Shown here: piece by piece, positions 29,020-38,456 of the stretch
Layout: each line of letters begins with the position of its first letter
How positions within the stretch are numbered: position 1 is the first letter of the stretch
Assembly: GCA_965232515.1 (NCBI GenBank)
Contig: CBDDPY010000002.1
Coordinates: 4,736,001-4,800,000 of the forward strand
DNA: 64,000 bases
Direction of reading: 5' to 3'
From: Alphaproteobacteria bacterium
Lineage (GTDB): Bacteria; Pseudomonadota; Alphaproteobacteria; GCA-2731375
Made by a program: the position numbers and the translations under genes
The notes under the pieces: generated by a model
Database searches by the model: none
What the model saw: only the letters and a program-made list of their open reading frames with translations
Told to the model about the DNA's origin: nothing

Positions 29020-29955
29020 CTAACGCGCTTGCGCGAGCGGGGCCGGGGCCGAAGCCGACGTTTCGGCGCTGAGCAGGCTGCCCGTTTCGCGCCTGACCAG
29101 CTCGCCGAGATGGGACATGACGGCGCGGACCTTTGCCGTCTTGGTCAGGTCCTTGTGGGTCAGAAGCCAGAGATCCTCGGCATGGCTGACGACGTCGGGC
29201 AGGATATGTTCGAGGTCGCTCTGCGTCCTGGCCACGTAAGCGGGCAGGACGACCAGACCCAGTCCGCTCCGCCCCGCGGCCAGCAGCGCGGTCATGCTGT
29301 TGCAGAGCATGTTGATGTGCGCGACGCTGGCCAGTGGCTTGATGAGCTGACCGATACAGACGTCCTGGTCGGCGCCGGCCCAGGCGATGACCGAGTGGTC
29401 CTTCAGATCCGCGAGCCGTCCGGGCGTGCCGTTGGCGGCAAGGTAGGCGCTGCTGGCGAAGAGGCCGAAGTGAACCTTGCCGAAGCACTGGCCGATGGCG
29501 TCCTCCGACTCCGGATCCCCCACGTGCAGCGCGATGTCGCAATGCCCGCTCATGACGTCGAGCGCGTTGTTGCTCAGGATGATCTCGAGCTCGATGCGAG
29601 GGAACTCGCGCTTGAAGCCATTCAGACGCGGCACCAGCCAGTAGGTGCCCAGGCACTCGGCGGTCGAGAGCCGGACGCGCCCGCAGCGGCGCCCGTCGTG
29701 ACCGTTGACGCGGCGGACGATGTCGCCGACCGTCTTGTCCAGACCATGCGCCAGCTCGACGATGGTCTCCCCGGCGGGGGTCAGGCTGTAGCCCGCGTTC
29801 TCACGGTCGAACAGTCGGGCGTCCAGCCAGGTCTCGAGATCGCGGATGCGCCGTCCCACGGTCGGTTGCGTCACGCCAAGCTCCCGCGCGGCCGCGGAGA
29901 GTGATTTGCGTTCGACGACCGCCAGGAAATAACGGAAGCAGTCCCAATCCATCAT
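29020..29955 (-). CDS. LysR family transcriptional regulator (paralog of 27127-28020)
   Basis: DWDCFRYFLAV...SLSAAAR..TQPTVGR; GTYWL; DLWLLTH; AKVRAV. Confidence 0.92.
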   Translation of the reverse strand: MMDWDCFRYFLAVVERKSLSAAARELGVTQPTVGRRIRDLETWLDARLFDRENAGYSLTPAGETIVELAHGLDKTVGDIVRRVNGHDGRRCGRVRLSTAECLGTYWLVPRLNGFKREFPRIELEIILSNNALDVMSGHCDIALHVGDPESEDAIGQCFGKVHFGLFASSAYLAANGTPGRLADLKDHSVIAWAGADQDVCIGQLIKPLASVAHINMLCNSMTALLAAGRSGLGLVVLPAYVARTQSDLEHILPDVVSHAEDLWLLTHKDLTKTAKVRAVMSHLGELVRRETGSLLSAETSASAPAPLAQAR

Positions 29956-30075
29956 CCTCGAAATCTTCGATGTACTCGCCCTCGAATTGAACAGCAAAGA
30001 GTGTACGGGCTTGCTCCGCGTCCCGCCCTGAAAACTATTGAATAACGACCCTTCAGATTATTGGAGGAAACAGGC

Positions 30076-30129
30076 ATGGCGCCACGATCTTTCCTTATCC
30101 GTTTTCTGTTGAGGCCTAACAGGAAATAG
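30076..30129 (+). CDS. Candidate 17-aa leader peptide MAPRSFLIRFLLRPNRK
   Basis: GGAGG at 30063-30067, ATG at 30076, TAG ending 30129; lies upstream of the globin gene. Confidence 0.3.
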   Translation: MAPRSFLIRFLLRPNRK

Positions 30130-30204
30130 AGAATTCACGCGGTTTCTTGCCGGCCGTAGTCTTCCGGGCGATGGCTCCGATCGGAGTTCGGTCAGGGGGA
30201 TGCG

Positions 30205-30753
30205 ATGACCCGGAACGGATCAAAGGCGCTGCGCTGCGCCGCCGGCGGCATGGCGGTGGGATCGGCGGCGATGACGCCCGCCCAGATCGGCCTTGTCCAG
30301 GACAGCTTCGCCAGGCTCCGGCCCATTCAGGAGGCCACGGCGCAGCTCTTCTACCTGCGTCTGCTCGAGTGCGATCCGGGCCTGCAGAACCTCTTCCCCC
30401 GCGATCTCGAAACGCCGCACGGCGCCTTCATGGCGGCGCTCAGCGCCGCGGTCGACGGCTTGAACGACCTGGATTCGCTGCGTCCCGCGCTCCGCGACCT
30501 GGCGCTGCGCCACGTTCGTTATGGCGTCAGGCATGCGCACTACGCGAGCTTCGGCGAAGCAATGCTATGGACCCTCGAGATCGCCCTCGGCGACGGTTTC
30601 AACGCCCCGCTCAAGCAGGCCTGGACGGCGTTCCACCGGCTCTTGTTCTCCACCATGGTGGATGCCGCCGTCCGACATCAGGCCCGGACGCGGTCGCGGC
30701 CGTCTGGCCCGGTCCGCATCGTGTCCCGTGATGTGGCGAAAGAGCCTGTTTGA
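30205..30753 (+). CDS. Single-domain globin (flavohemoglobin/Vgb-like globin fold)
   Basis: MTPAQI.LVQ.SF, LFY.RL...DP....LF, LA.RHV.YGV...HY...GEA.LWTL, AW. Alternative start at 30271. Confidence 0.85.
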   Translation: MTRNGSKALRCAAGGMAVGSAAMTPAQIGLVQDSFARLRPIQEATAQLFYLRLLECDPGLQNLFPRDLETPHGAFMAALSAAVDGLNDLDSLRPALRDLALRHVRYGVRHAHYASFGEAMLWTLEIALGDGFNAPLKQAWTAFHRLLFSTMVDAAVRHQARTRSRPSGPVRIVSRDVAKEPV

Positions 30754-31043
30754 GGACACCGTCGCCGTTCCGCTCCCTTGCCCGGCCACCCGATAAATGT
30801 ACCTCCCAGTGGCTGGCCGGGTGGGGGAGCGGGCTCTATGCCGCTCTGGTCGTGGCGCCCGACCCCGACCGGAAACGTCTCGTCAAGGCTGGGCTGCTTG
30901 CGGTGACGGGTGGAAAAGGCGGCCGTGCCAAGATCCATGCGGCCAACGAGTATCGGCGGCGCGTCCGATCATGCCACCGGACGGCCCGCCTTCGTCCAAC
31001 GATCTCTGGGTGGCCCGCCGCCCGAAGCCCGCGGGGCGAAGGG

Positions 31044-31119
31044 TGGTGGAGCCGAGGGGAATCGAACCCCTGACCTCGACATTGCGAACGTCGCGCTCTC
31101 CCAACTGAGCTACGGCCCC
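31044..31119 (-). tRNA. tRNA-Ala(CGC)
   Basis: GGGGCCGTAGCTCAGTTGGGAGAGCG-CGACG-TT-CGC-AA-TGTCG-AGGTCAGGGGTTCGATTCCCCTCGGCTCCACCA; 76 nt with G3:U70. Confidence 0.97.
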
Positions 31120-31286
31120 ATACCGGGAAGTGCCGCGCCGGCGGCCTCGGCCGGCGCTGACCGGCAGCATGTACGGACTGCCGCGACGGCTGTCAAGCCC
31201 GGCCTCGCGGGCGCCGGGGTCGGTGCTTGCCATGCGCCGGCTTGGGCATTACATCTGAGCCCGCGCCGATTCTCGAAAGGGCCGCA

Positions 31287-31580
31287 ATGATCGCGTTGCT
31301 TGAACTGGTTGCCACCGTCATCCAACTCTATATGTGGCTGATCATCATCCAGGTGATCCTCAGCTGGTTGGTCGCCTTCAACGTGGTCAACACCTCGAAC
31401 CGCTTCATCTATCTGGTCGGCGATTTCCTCTATCGCGTGACCGAGCCGGCGCTGGGGCCGATCCGCCGCTTCCTGCCCAATCTCGGCGGCATCGACCTGT
31501 CGCCGCTGGTGCTGATCCTGCTGCTTGCGTTCGTCCAGAACCTGCTGCGCTACGATATTGGGCCGGCCCTTCTCAACTGA
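31287..31580 (+). CDS. yggT: YggT family membrane protein
   Basis: ILSWL.AFNVVN..N, TEP.L.PIRR.LP.LGGIDLSP. Confidence 0.92.
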   Translation: MIALLELVATVIQLYMWLIIIQVILSWLVAFNVVNTSNRFIYLVGDFLYRVTEPALGPIRRFLPNLGGIDLSPLVLILLLAFVQNLLRYDIGPALLN

Positions 31581-31893
31581 CCTGACACCATTCCGGGCCG
31601 TCGCCGACGGCCTCGAGGTCGCCATCCGGCTGCAGCCGAAGGCGTCGGCGAACCGCATCGACGGTCTCGACGCAGGGCGCGGCCGCCTGCGCGTACGCGT
31701 CACCGCGGCGCCGGAGAAGGGCAAGGCCAACGCCGCGCTGGTCCGGCTGCTGGCGAAACGGCTCGGCCTGCCGCGAACCGGCCTGGAACTGGTCGCCGGC
31801 GGCAAAGACCGGGACAAGACCGTGCTGATACGACACGACGATCCCGCCGACCTTGCCCTGCGGCTGCGGGCGGCGCTCGGCAATATGGCATGA
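31558..31893 (+). CDS. yggU: DUF167/YggU family protein
   Basis: RLQPKAS, RVTAAPEKGKANAAL..LLA, G.K.R.K. Start is uncertain (TTG). Confidence 0.85.
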   Translation: MGRPFSTDLTPFRAVADGLEVAIRLQPKASANRIDGLDAGRGRLRVRVTAAPEKGKANAALVRLLAKRLGLPRTGLELVAGGKDRDKTVLIRHDDPADLALRLRAALGNMA

Positions 31894-31905
31894 AGGGAGG
31901 ATGCG

Positions 31906-32790
31906 ATGACGGCTGACATTATCGACGGCAAGGCGTTTGCTGCCGGCCTGCGGGCCCGGGTCGCGGTCCAGGTTGGCGACTGCCAAGCCCGGCATGGCCT
32001 GACGCCGGGCCTGACCGTGGTGCTGGTCGGCGAAGATCCGGCCAGCCAGGTCTATGTCCGCAACAAGGGCAAGCAGGCGACCGAGGCCGGCATTGCCTCG
32101 AACGAGATCCGGCTCGACGCCGGCGCCAGCCAGGCCGCCCTGCTCGAGGTGGTGGCCGGCCTGAACGCCGATCCGGCCGTGCACGGCATCCTCGTGCAGC
32201 TGCCGCTGCCGCCGCAGATCGATTCCGCCGCCGTGATCGACGCCATCGATCCGGCGAAAGACGTCGACGGCTTCCACGTCCAGAACGCCGGCCGCCTCTC
32301 CGTTGGGCTGCCGGCCATGGTGCCCTGCACGCCGCGCGGCTGCCTGATGTTGCTGGAGGACCGGCTGGGCGATCTCTCGGGTCTCGATGCCGTCATCGTC
32401 GGCCGCTCCAACATCGTCGGTAAGCCCATGGCCCAGCTCCTGCTTGGCGCCAACTGCACCGTCACCACGGCGCATTCGCGCACCCGCGACCTCGACGCCC
32501 ATTGCCGCCGCGCCGACATCCTGGTCGCCGCCGTCGGCCGGCCCGAGATGATCCGTGGGCCCTGGATCAAGCCCGGCGCCACCATCATCGACGTCGGCAT
32601 GAACCGGCTCGACGCCGGCAACGGCAAGACGCGTCTGGTCGGCGATGTCTGCTTTCCGGAAGCCGTCGAGGTCGCCGGCGCCATTACGCCCGTCCCCGGT
32701 GGCGTCGGTCCCATGACCGTCGCCGTGCTGCTGTCCAACACCGTCACCGCCGCCTGCCGCCAGGCCGGCGTCGCGGTGCCGGCCGGCTGA
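31906..32790 (+). CDS. folD: Methylenetetrahydrofolate dehydrogenase/cyclohydrolase
   Basis: [49 protein letters not shown]. Confidence 0.97.
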   Translation: MTADIIDGKAFAAGLRARVAVQVGDCQARHGLTPGLTVVLVGEDPASQVYVRNKGKQATEAGIASNEIRLDAGASQAALLEVVAGLNADPAVHGILVQLPLPPQIDSAAVIDAIDPAKDVDGFHVQNAGRLSVGLPAMVPCTPRGCLMLLEDRLGDLSGLDAVIVGRSNIVGKPMAQLLLGANCTVTTAHSRTRDLDAHCRRADILVAAVGRPEMIRGPWIKPGATIIDVGMNRLDAGNGKTRLVGDVCFPEAVEVAGAITPVPGGVGPMTVAVLLSNTVTAACRQAGVAVPAG

Positions 32791-32894
32791 CGGCCGTGCC
32801 ATTCCGGCGGTAATCCGTTATAAACGTCTGACCCACTTCGTTCCCGCGACCGTTCCAACCGGCACCGGTTCCCGTGCCGGGCGAGGAAAGACGT

Positions 32895-34139
32895 TTGAGC
32901 TATCTGCTGTTCATCCTGCGGCACTGGCGCCTGCTCGGGTTCGGCTTTCTGCTGACCATGTTTTCGAGCTTCGGCCAGACCTACTACGTCTCGCTGTTCA
33001 GCGCCGAGTTCCGCGACGCCTTCGGCCTCGGGCATGGCGGCTTCGGCCTGGTCTATTCGGCGGCGACGCTGGCCAGCGCCACCTGCCTGGTCTGGCTCGG
33101 CCGGAAGATCGACCATATGGACCTGCGCTGGTATGCCGGCCTCGCCTGCGCCGGCCTTGTGGTCGCCTGCTTCATCACGTCGGCCGTGGCCTCGGCGGTC
33201 TGGCTGACGCTGGCGATCTTCCTGCTGCGGCTCACCTGCCAGGGCCTGATGAGCCATACCGCCGTCACCACCATGGCGCGCTATTTCGAAGCCGAGCGCG
33301 GCCGCGCCGTCAGCGTCGCCCAGCTCGGCTATGCTATCGGCCGCGCCGCCTTTCCGGTCGGCGCGGTGCTGGTCGTGGCCGCGGTCGGCTGGCGTCAGAC
33401 CTGGATGCTGACCGGCGTCGTGCTGGCGGTTGTGCTGGTGCCGGCGGTGCTCTGGCTGCTTCGGGGGCAGGCCGAGCGCCACCGGGCTCACGTCGCCCGC
33501 CTGCAGCGCGTTTCCGCCGACGCCGGCGCGGCCGCGCGGCAATGGTCGCGCGCCGATGTGCTGCGCGATCCGCGCTTCTATCTGCTGATGCCGGTGACGC
33601 TGGCGTCGTCTTTCATCACCACCGGCTTGGTGTTCCATCAGGTGCATCTGGTCGCGGCCAAGGGCTGGGACCTGACCTGGTTTGTCGGCTCGTTCGTGTT
33701 GTTCTCGATCGCCACCACGGTCGCGGCGCTGATCGCCGGGCCGGTCATCGACCGCCACGGCGCCGCGCGCCTGCTGCCCTACTTCCTGCTGCCGATGGCG
33801 GCCTCGCTGGTGCTGCTGGCCTATGCCGACCACGCGCTCGTGGTGCCGGTCTACATGATCGCCACCGGCGTCTCCAGCGGCGCCGCCATGACCATCGCCG
33901 GCACGCTCTGGGCCGAGATTTACGGCGTCCGGCACATTGGCGCGATCCGTGCCGTGACCTCGGCGCTGACGGTGTTCGCCAGCGCCCTGTCGCCGGTGGC
34001 CATGGGCTGGCTGCTCGACGCCGGCGTCAGCATCGAGGCCATCGCGCTGATGTGCGTCGGCTATATCGGCGCGGCAACGGCGCTGCTGGCCGTGCCCGCG
34101 TTGCGTCCCGCCCGCATGGCTCGCCGCGAACCCGCCTGA
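32895..34139 (+). CDS. MFS transporter
   Basis: SSFGQTY, about 12 TM segments, G..IDR.G; TTG start after GAGGA. Confidence 0.85.
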   Translation: MSYLLFILRHWRLLGFGFLLTMFSSFGQTYYVSLFSAEFRDAFGLGHGGFGLVYSAATLASATCLVWLGRKIDHMDLRWYAGLACAGLVVACFITSAVASAVWLTLAIFLLRLTCQGLMSHTAVTTMARYFEAERGRAVSVAQLGYAIGRAAFPVGAVLVVAAVGWRQTWMLTGVVLAVVLVPAVLWLLRGQAERHRAHVARLQRVSADAGAAARQWSRADVLRDPRFYLLMPVTLASSFITTGLVFHQVHLVAAKGWDLTWFVGSFVLFSIATTVAALIAGPVIDRHGAARLLPYFLLPMAASLVLLAYADHALVVPVYMIATGVSSGAAMTIAGTLWAEIYGVRHIGAIRAVTSALTVFASALSPVAMGWLLDAGVSIEAIALMCVGYIGAATALLAVPALRPARMARREPA

Positions 34140-34158
34140 CGCTCCCGGCCAAAGCCGG

Positions 34159-37100
34159 TCAGGCTTGTTTCGCGCGAGCTCGCTTCGGTGTGGTTGAGAT
34201 ATCGGCCACGCTGGGTCCGGCCGATCGCTTGGCGATCACCGACCGCAGCCGCTGGGGGTCGTGGTTCTGCACGAAGGCGGCCAGCTCTTCGGCCGGCAGC
34301 GGCCGGCTCAGATAATAACCCTGGATCTCGTCGCAGCCCTGCTCGACCAGGAATTCAAGCTGCTCCAGGGTCTCGACGCCCTCGGCGATGACCTTGATGT
34401 TCAGGCTGTGGCCGATGCGGATGACGGCCGAGTTGATCGCCGCGTCGTCCCAGTCGGACGCGATGTCGCGGACGAAGGACTGGTCGATCTTCAACCGGTC
34501 GACCGGGAACTCCTTCAGGCGGTTCAACGACGAATAGCCGGTGCCGAAGTCGTCGATCGCGAGATTGATGCCCAGATCCTTCAGGCCGTTCAAAATGCCG
34601 ATACAGTCGACGCGCTCGTCCATGGCCATGCCTTCGGTGATCTCGAGCTCGAGCAGGTCAGGCGGCAGGTCCGCCATCTTCAGCGCCGCGCGGACCTGGT
34701 CGATCAGGTTTTGCTGCCTGAAATGCAGCGGCGAGATGTTCACAGAGACGCAGACGTCGGCCATGCCGGCCCGTGACCACTCGGTCATCTGTCGGCAGGC
34801 GGTCAGCAGCACCCAGTCGCTGATCGGGATGATCAGGCGCGAGGCCTCCGCGACCGGAATGAACTCGCCCGGCGAGATCGGACCGCGTTCCGGATGGGTC
34901 CAGCGGATCAGCGCCTCGACGCCGACAATACGGCCGGACTGGATGTCGAGCTGCGGCTGATAGACCAGATGGAACTCGCCGCGCTCCATGGCCAGCCGCA
35001 GGTCGGCCTCCATCTGCTGGCGCGCCTGCACTTGCGTGTGCATGTCCTGGTCGTAAAGCTGAAAGGTGCCGCGGCCCTCGGCCTTGGCGCGATAGAGCGC
35101 CAGGTCCGCGTTGCGCAGCAGTTGGTTGGGATCGCCGGGGTCGTTCGGATAGATGGTGATGCCGATACTGGTGCCGGTGCGCACCTCGTTGCCGACGACG
35201 TGGAACGGCTCGCCGATCGATTCCGTGATTCGTTCCGCCAGCACCGTGATGCCGTCGGGCTCCGTCGTATTGGTGACGATCACCGCGAACTCGTCGCCGC
35301 CCAGCCGGGCGACGGTGTCGGTGTTGCGGACGCAGGCGGTCAACCGCTCGGCCACCTGCGACAACAGCGAGTCGCCGGCCTGGTGGCCGAGCGTGTCGTT
35401 GACATTCTTGAAGTGGTCGAGGTCCAGCATCATCACGCCGACCAGACGGCCGGTCCGCGCCGCGTTGGCCAGCGCGTCGCTGAGGCGGTCGCGGAACGAC
35501 GTGCGGTTCGGCAGGCCGGTCAGCGCATCCTCCAGCGCCATGCGTTGAATGGTCGCTTCCGACGACTTCCGGTCCGAAACGTCGGTCAGGATGCCGACGA
35601 TACGGCCGGACTTGGTCTTGCGCTTGCTGACCCGCACCCAGCGTTCGTCGCACAGCTCCTGCTCGAAGACGCCGACCGAGCGGTGGTGTCGCTCGACCTG
35701 CTCGCGCACCAGCTCCTCGTGGTTCCGCTCGCCGGCCCGGAACACGCCGCGCTCATAGCCGGCGCGCAGGAAGTTCTCGTAAGTGACGCCGGGTTGGATC
35801 ACGTCCATCAGGCTGGGATACATGCCGCGATAGCGGCGGTTGCACATGATCAGCCGGTCGTCGGTGCCCCACAGCGCGAAGCCCTCTGAAATACTCTCGA
35901 CCGCTTCCGACAGCTGCGCCTCGGCCTCGCTCAGGGCATCGGCCATGGTGACGCTTTCGGTCTTTTTCTTCTTCAGTTCCTGCTGCAGCCGTTCCAGCTC
36001 GTCGACCCTGTCCTGCAGCTCCTGCTTCGAGCGCGACAACTCTTCCTGCTCGCGCTTGCGTTCCGAGATGTCGCGGATCGCGCCGGTAACCAGCAGGCCG
36101 TCCTCGGTCTCGATCGGGCTCAGGCTCAGCTCGATGGGGATCTCCTGGCCGAACTTGGTGACGCCGTGGAGGTCCACGCCCTTGCCCACCGGCCGGGCCT
36201 TCGGATCGGTGTGGAACCGGGCGCGGTTCTCGGGATGATCTTTCCGGTAGCGCTCGGGCACCAGCATCTCGACCTTCTCGCCCAGCAGCTCCTCGCGCGG
36301 ATAGCCGAACAGCCGCTCGACCTGGGCGTTGACCAGAACGATCTCGCCGTCCTGGTTCACCACGACCATGGCGTCGGGCGCCGATTCCAGGAACTGGCGC
36401 GACCGCATCTCGGCGGCCGCGCGGCCGGCGATCTGCTTGCGGAACACGTCCAGCGCCCGCGACATGGCGCCGAACTCGCCGGTGCGCACGCCCAGATCGG
36501 TCGGGATATTCAGGTTTCCGGTGGCCAGCAGTTCCATGCTGCTGGTCAGCTTGGCCAGTGGGCGATTGATCCCGCGCGACAGAAACACGCCCAGCGCAAC
36601 GGTTATCAGCAGGCCCACGATGAATACGGTCGCCGTGTGCCGGATGCCGGACTGCTCCAACCGCAGCGCGCTCTTCGCCTGATTGATCGCGAGTTGTTCG
36701 GCCGTGTCCATCAGCTGACGCTGGGTCTTGTCGATCGGTGCCTCGATGCTGCGCAGTTCGGCCAGCAACGCCGCCGGTTCGTCCGATATGTCGTCCTTCA
36801 CCTGCAGCAGCATTTCCTCAGCCCGGTTGAGGTACGCCCCATGCTGCAGGTCCAGTGTTTCCAACAGGCTCAGGATGTCGGCATAGATCTCGCTCTCGCC
36901 GGTCATGTGGTCGTGATCCGGGCTGCTGCGCAGACGCCGTTCGAGCTGCGTTAACGTTGCCCGCAGGCGGCCCTGCAACAGGTAGAAGCGTTTTTCCTCC
37001 GCCCGGGCCATATCGGCATGCAGGGCGTCCTGGAATCCGTTCAGTTCGATCGCCCGCTCCAGATGCTTGGTCTGAAGCGTCCGCGTCACGATCGCCTCGT

Positions 37101-37251
37101 GCAGCTGATGCGACAGCGGCAGGTCGTCGTGAACGATGGTCTGCAGCTTGTCGCCGATCGCGATCAGCCGCGACAGGCCGACACCCGCCAGAATCAGCGC
37201 GATCAAAAAGCAGACCGTCGGAACGAGATAGACGCGGGCCCCGATGCTCAT
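34159..37251 (-). CDS. Membrane HAMP-PAS-PAS-GGDEF-EAL diguanylate cyclase/phosphodiesterase
   Basis: 2 TM segments flanking a periplasmic helical domain; DLDHFKNVND.LGHQAGD; RxxD I-site (RNTD); GGDEF; EAL; DDFGTGYSSL; EGVE. Confidence 0.93.
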   Translation of the reverse strand: MSIGARVYLVPTVCFLIALILAGVGLSRLIAIGDKLQTIVHDDLPLSHQLHEAIVTRTLQTKHLERAIELNGFQDALHADMARAEEKRFYLLQGRLRATLTQLERRLRSSPDHDHMTGESEIYADILSLLETLDLQHGAYLNRAEEMLLQVKDDISDEPAALLAELRSIEAPIDKTQRQLMDTAEQLAINQAKSALRLEQSGIRHTATVFIVGLLITVALGVFLSRGINRPLAKLTSSMELLATGNLNIPTDLGVRTGEFGAMSRALDVFRKQIAGRAAAEMRSRQFLESAPDAMVVVNQDGEIVLVNAQVERLFGYPREELLGEKVEMLVPERYRKDHPENRARFHTDPKARPVGKGVDLHGVTKFGQEIPIELSLSPIETEDGLLVTGAIRDISERKREQEELSRSKQELQDRVDELERLQQELKKKKTESVTMADALSEAEAQLSEAVESISEGFALWGTDDRLIMCNRRYRGMYPSLMDVIQPGVTYENFLRAGYERGVFRAGERNHEELVREQVERHHRSVGVFEQELCDERWVRVSKRKTKSGRIVGILTDVSDRKSSEATIQRMALEDALTGLPNRTSFRDRLSDALANAARTGRLVGVMMLDLDHFKNVNDTLGHQAGDSLLSQVAERLTACVRNTDTVARLGGDEFAVIVTNTTEPDGITVLAERITESIGEPFHVVGNEVRTGTSIGITIYPNDPGDPNQLLRNADLALYRAKAEGRGTFQLYDQDMHTQVQARQQMEADLRLAMERGEFHLVYQPQLDIQSGRIVGVEALIRWTHPERGPISPGEFIPVAEASRLIIPISDWVLLTACRQMTEWSRAGMADVCVSVNISPLHFRQQNLIDQVRAALKMADLPPDLLELEITEGMAMDERVDCIGILNGLKDLGINLAIDDFGTGYSSLNRLKEFPVDRLKIDQSFVRDIASDWDDAAINSAVIRIGHSLNIKVIAEGVETLEQLEFLVEQGCDEIQGYYLSRPLPAEELAAFVQNHDPQRLRSVIAKRSAGPSVADISTTPKRARAKQA

Positions 37252-37365
37252 CGCCTGTCCCCCGGCTTGAACACAGACCCCCGTCAAAGCACAGGGTTAA
37301 ATCAACCGACCTAATTATTTGCTAAGGCCGCTACACCCAGGTGTCGAGCTGGATGTGACACATGA

Positions 37366-38448
37366 CTACACGCGCAGGCGGTTCAACGTGGCTTGGAGTT
37401 CGCGCATCAGCTCGTCGATCAGTTCCGCGGCCGGTCTGCGACGGGACAGGCCGACGCCCTGACCGGCCCAGAGCGACAGGAATTCGGCCCGGTCCTGCTG
37501 CGCCGCGGCGGCGCGCAGCGGCCGGGTCAGCGCGTTCTGATAAGGAAACGGCAGGATGCCGTCGCTGTCGTCGTCGGCGGCCTCGAACTCGACCTCGGTC
37601 ATGAACCGGTTGACCACGCCGCGCGCCGGCTTGCCCGAGAATGCCGAGGTCAGGCGGGTATCGGACGCCCCGGCCGCCAGCAGCGCCGCCTTGTAGGAAT
37701 CGGGAACGCCCGCCTCGTCGCAGGTCAGGAAGGCCGTGCCCATCTGCACCGCCTCGGCGCCCAGCGTCAATGCCGCGGCGATACCACGGCCGTCCATGAT
37801 GCCGCCCGAGGCCACCACCGGCACCGAGACCGCGTCGACCACCTGCGGCACCAGCGCCATCGTGCCGATCAGGCCGGTGTCGATCTCGCCGTCGAACGTG
37901 CTGCGGTGGCCGCCGGCCTCGGCGCCCTGCGTCACGATGGCGTCGCAGCCGGCCGCCTCCAGCGCCACGGCCTCGGCCGGCGTTGTCGCCGTGCCCATCA
38001 GGAACATGCCCCGCTGCTTGATGGCCGCGACGGCATCGCGCGGCGGGATGCCCGACGTGAAGCTGAAGCTCGCCGCGCCGCTGTCCAGCGCCGCCGCCAG
38101 CAACGCATCGAAGGCATCGGCCGGCGGGGTTGGCGGTGTCGGCGCCGGCAGGCCCAGCGCGTCGTGATAGGGCGCCAGCCGCGCCAGCGCCGGTCCGGTC
38201 TCGGCCGGTGGTGGCGGCGCCGGCTGCGGCGCGAACAGGTTGATGCCGAAGGCCCGGTTGCTGCGGTCGCGCACGGCCTGCGACGCCTCGGCGATCTGCG
38301 CCGGCGTCGAATAGTTGGCGCCGATAAAGCCCATGCCGCCGGCTTCCGCGACCGCGGCGACCAGCGCCGGTGTATCGCCGCCGCCCGCCATCGGCGCCTG
38401 GATGATCGGACAGGACAGATTGAAGCGTTTCATCAGGCTGGTCTGCAT
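37366..38448 (-). CDS. Nitronate monooxygenase family flavoprotein
   Basis: PIIQAPMAGG, QGAEAGGHR, ASGGIMDG, QMGTAF, LWAGQ. Confidence 0.9.
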   Translation of the reverse strand: MQTSLMKRFNLSCPIIQAPMAGGGDTPALVAAVAEAGGMGFIGANYSTPAQIAEASQAVRDRSNRAFGINLFAPQPAPPPPAETGPALARLAPYHDALGLPAPTPPTPPADAFDALLAAALDSGAASFSFTSGIPPRDAVAAIKQRGMFLMGTATTPAEAVALEAAGCDAIVTQGAEAGGHRSTFDGEIDTGLIGTMALVPQVVDAVSVPVVASGGIMDGRGIAAALTLGAEAVQMGTAFLTCDEAGVPDSYKAALLAAGASDTRLTSAFSGKPARGVVNRFMTEVEFEAADDDSDGILPFPYQNALTRPLRAAAAQQDRAEFLSLWAGQGVGLSRRRPAAELIDELMRELQATLNRLRV

Positions 38449-38456
38449 GTCTCACC

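Noticed and set aside
30983-31046. GGCCCGCC duplication and CCTTCG/CGAAGG inverted motif at the tRNA 3' end as an att site or mobile element
   Set aside because: No integrase or second tRNA fragment was seen; it is at most a REP-like or processing stem.
30750-31290. Several ~100-aa ORFs around the tRNA
   Set aside because: They overlap tRNA-Ala and show no recognisable motifs.
35370-35420. GGDEF domain as a possible Hypr (cGAMP-forming) partner for the U92 riboswitch
   Set aside because: It retains the canonical Asp in GHQAGD rather than the Ser/Thr of Hypr enzymes, so it is predicted to be an ordinary diguanylate cyclase.
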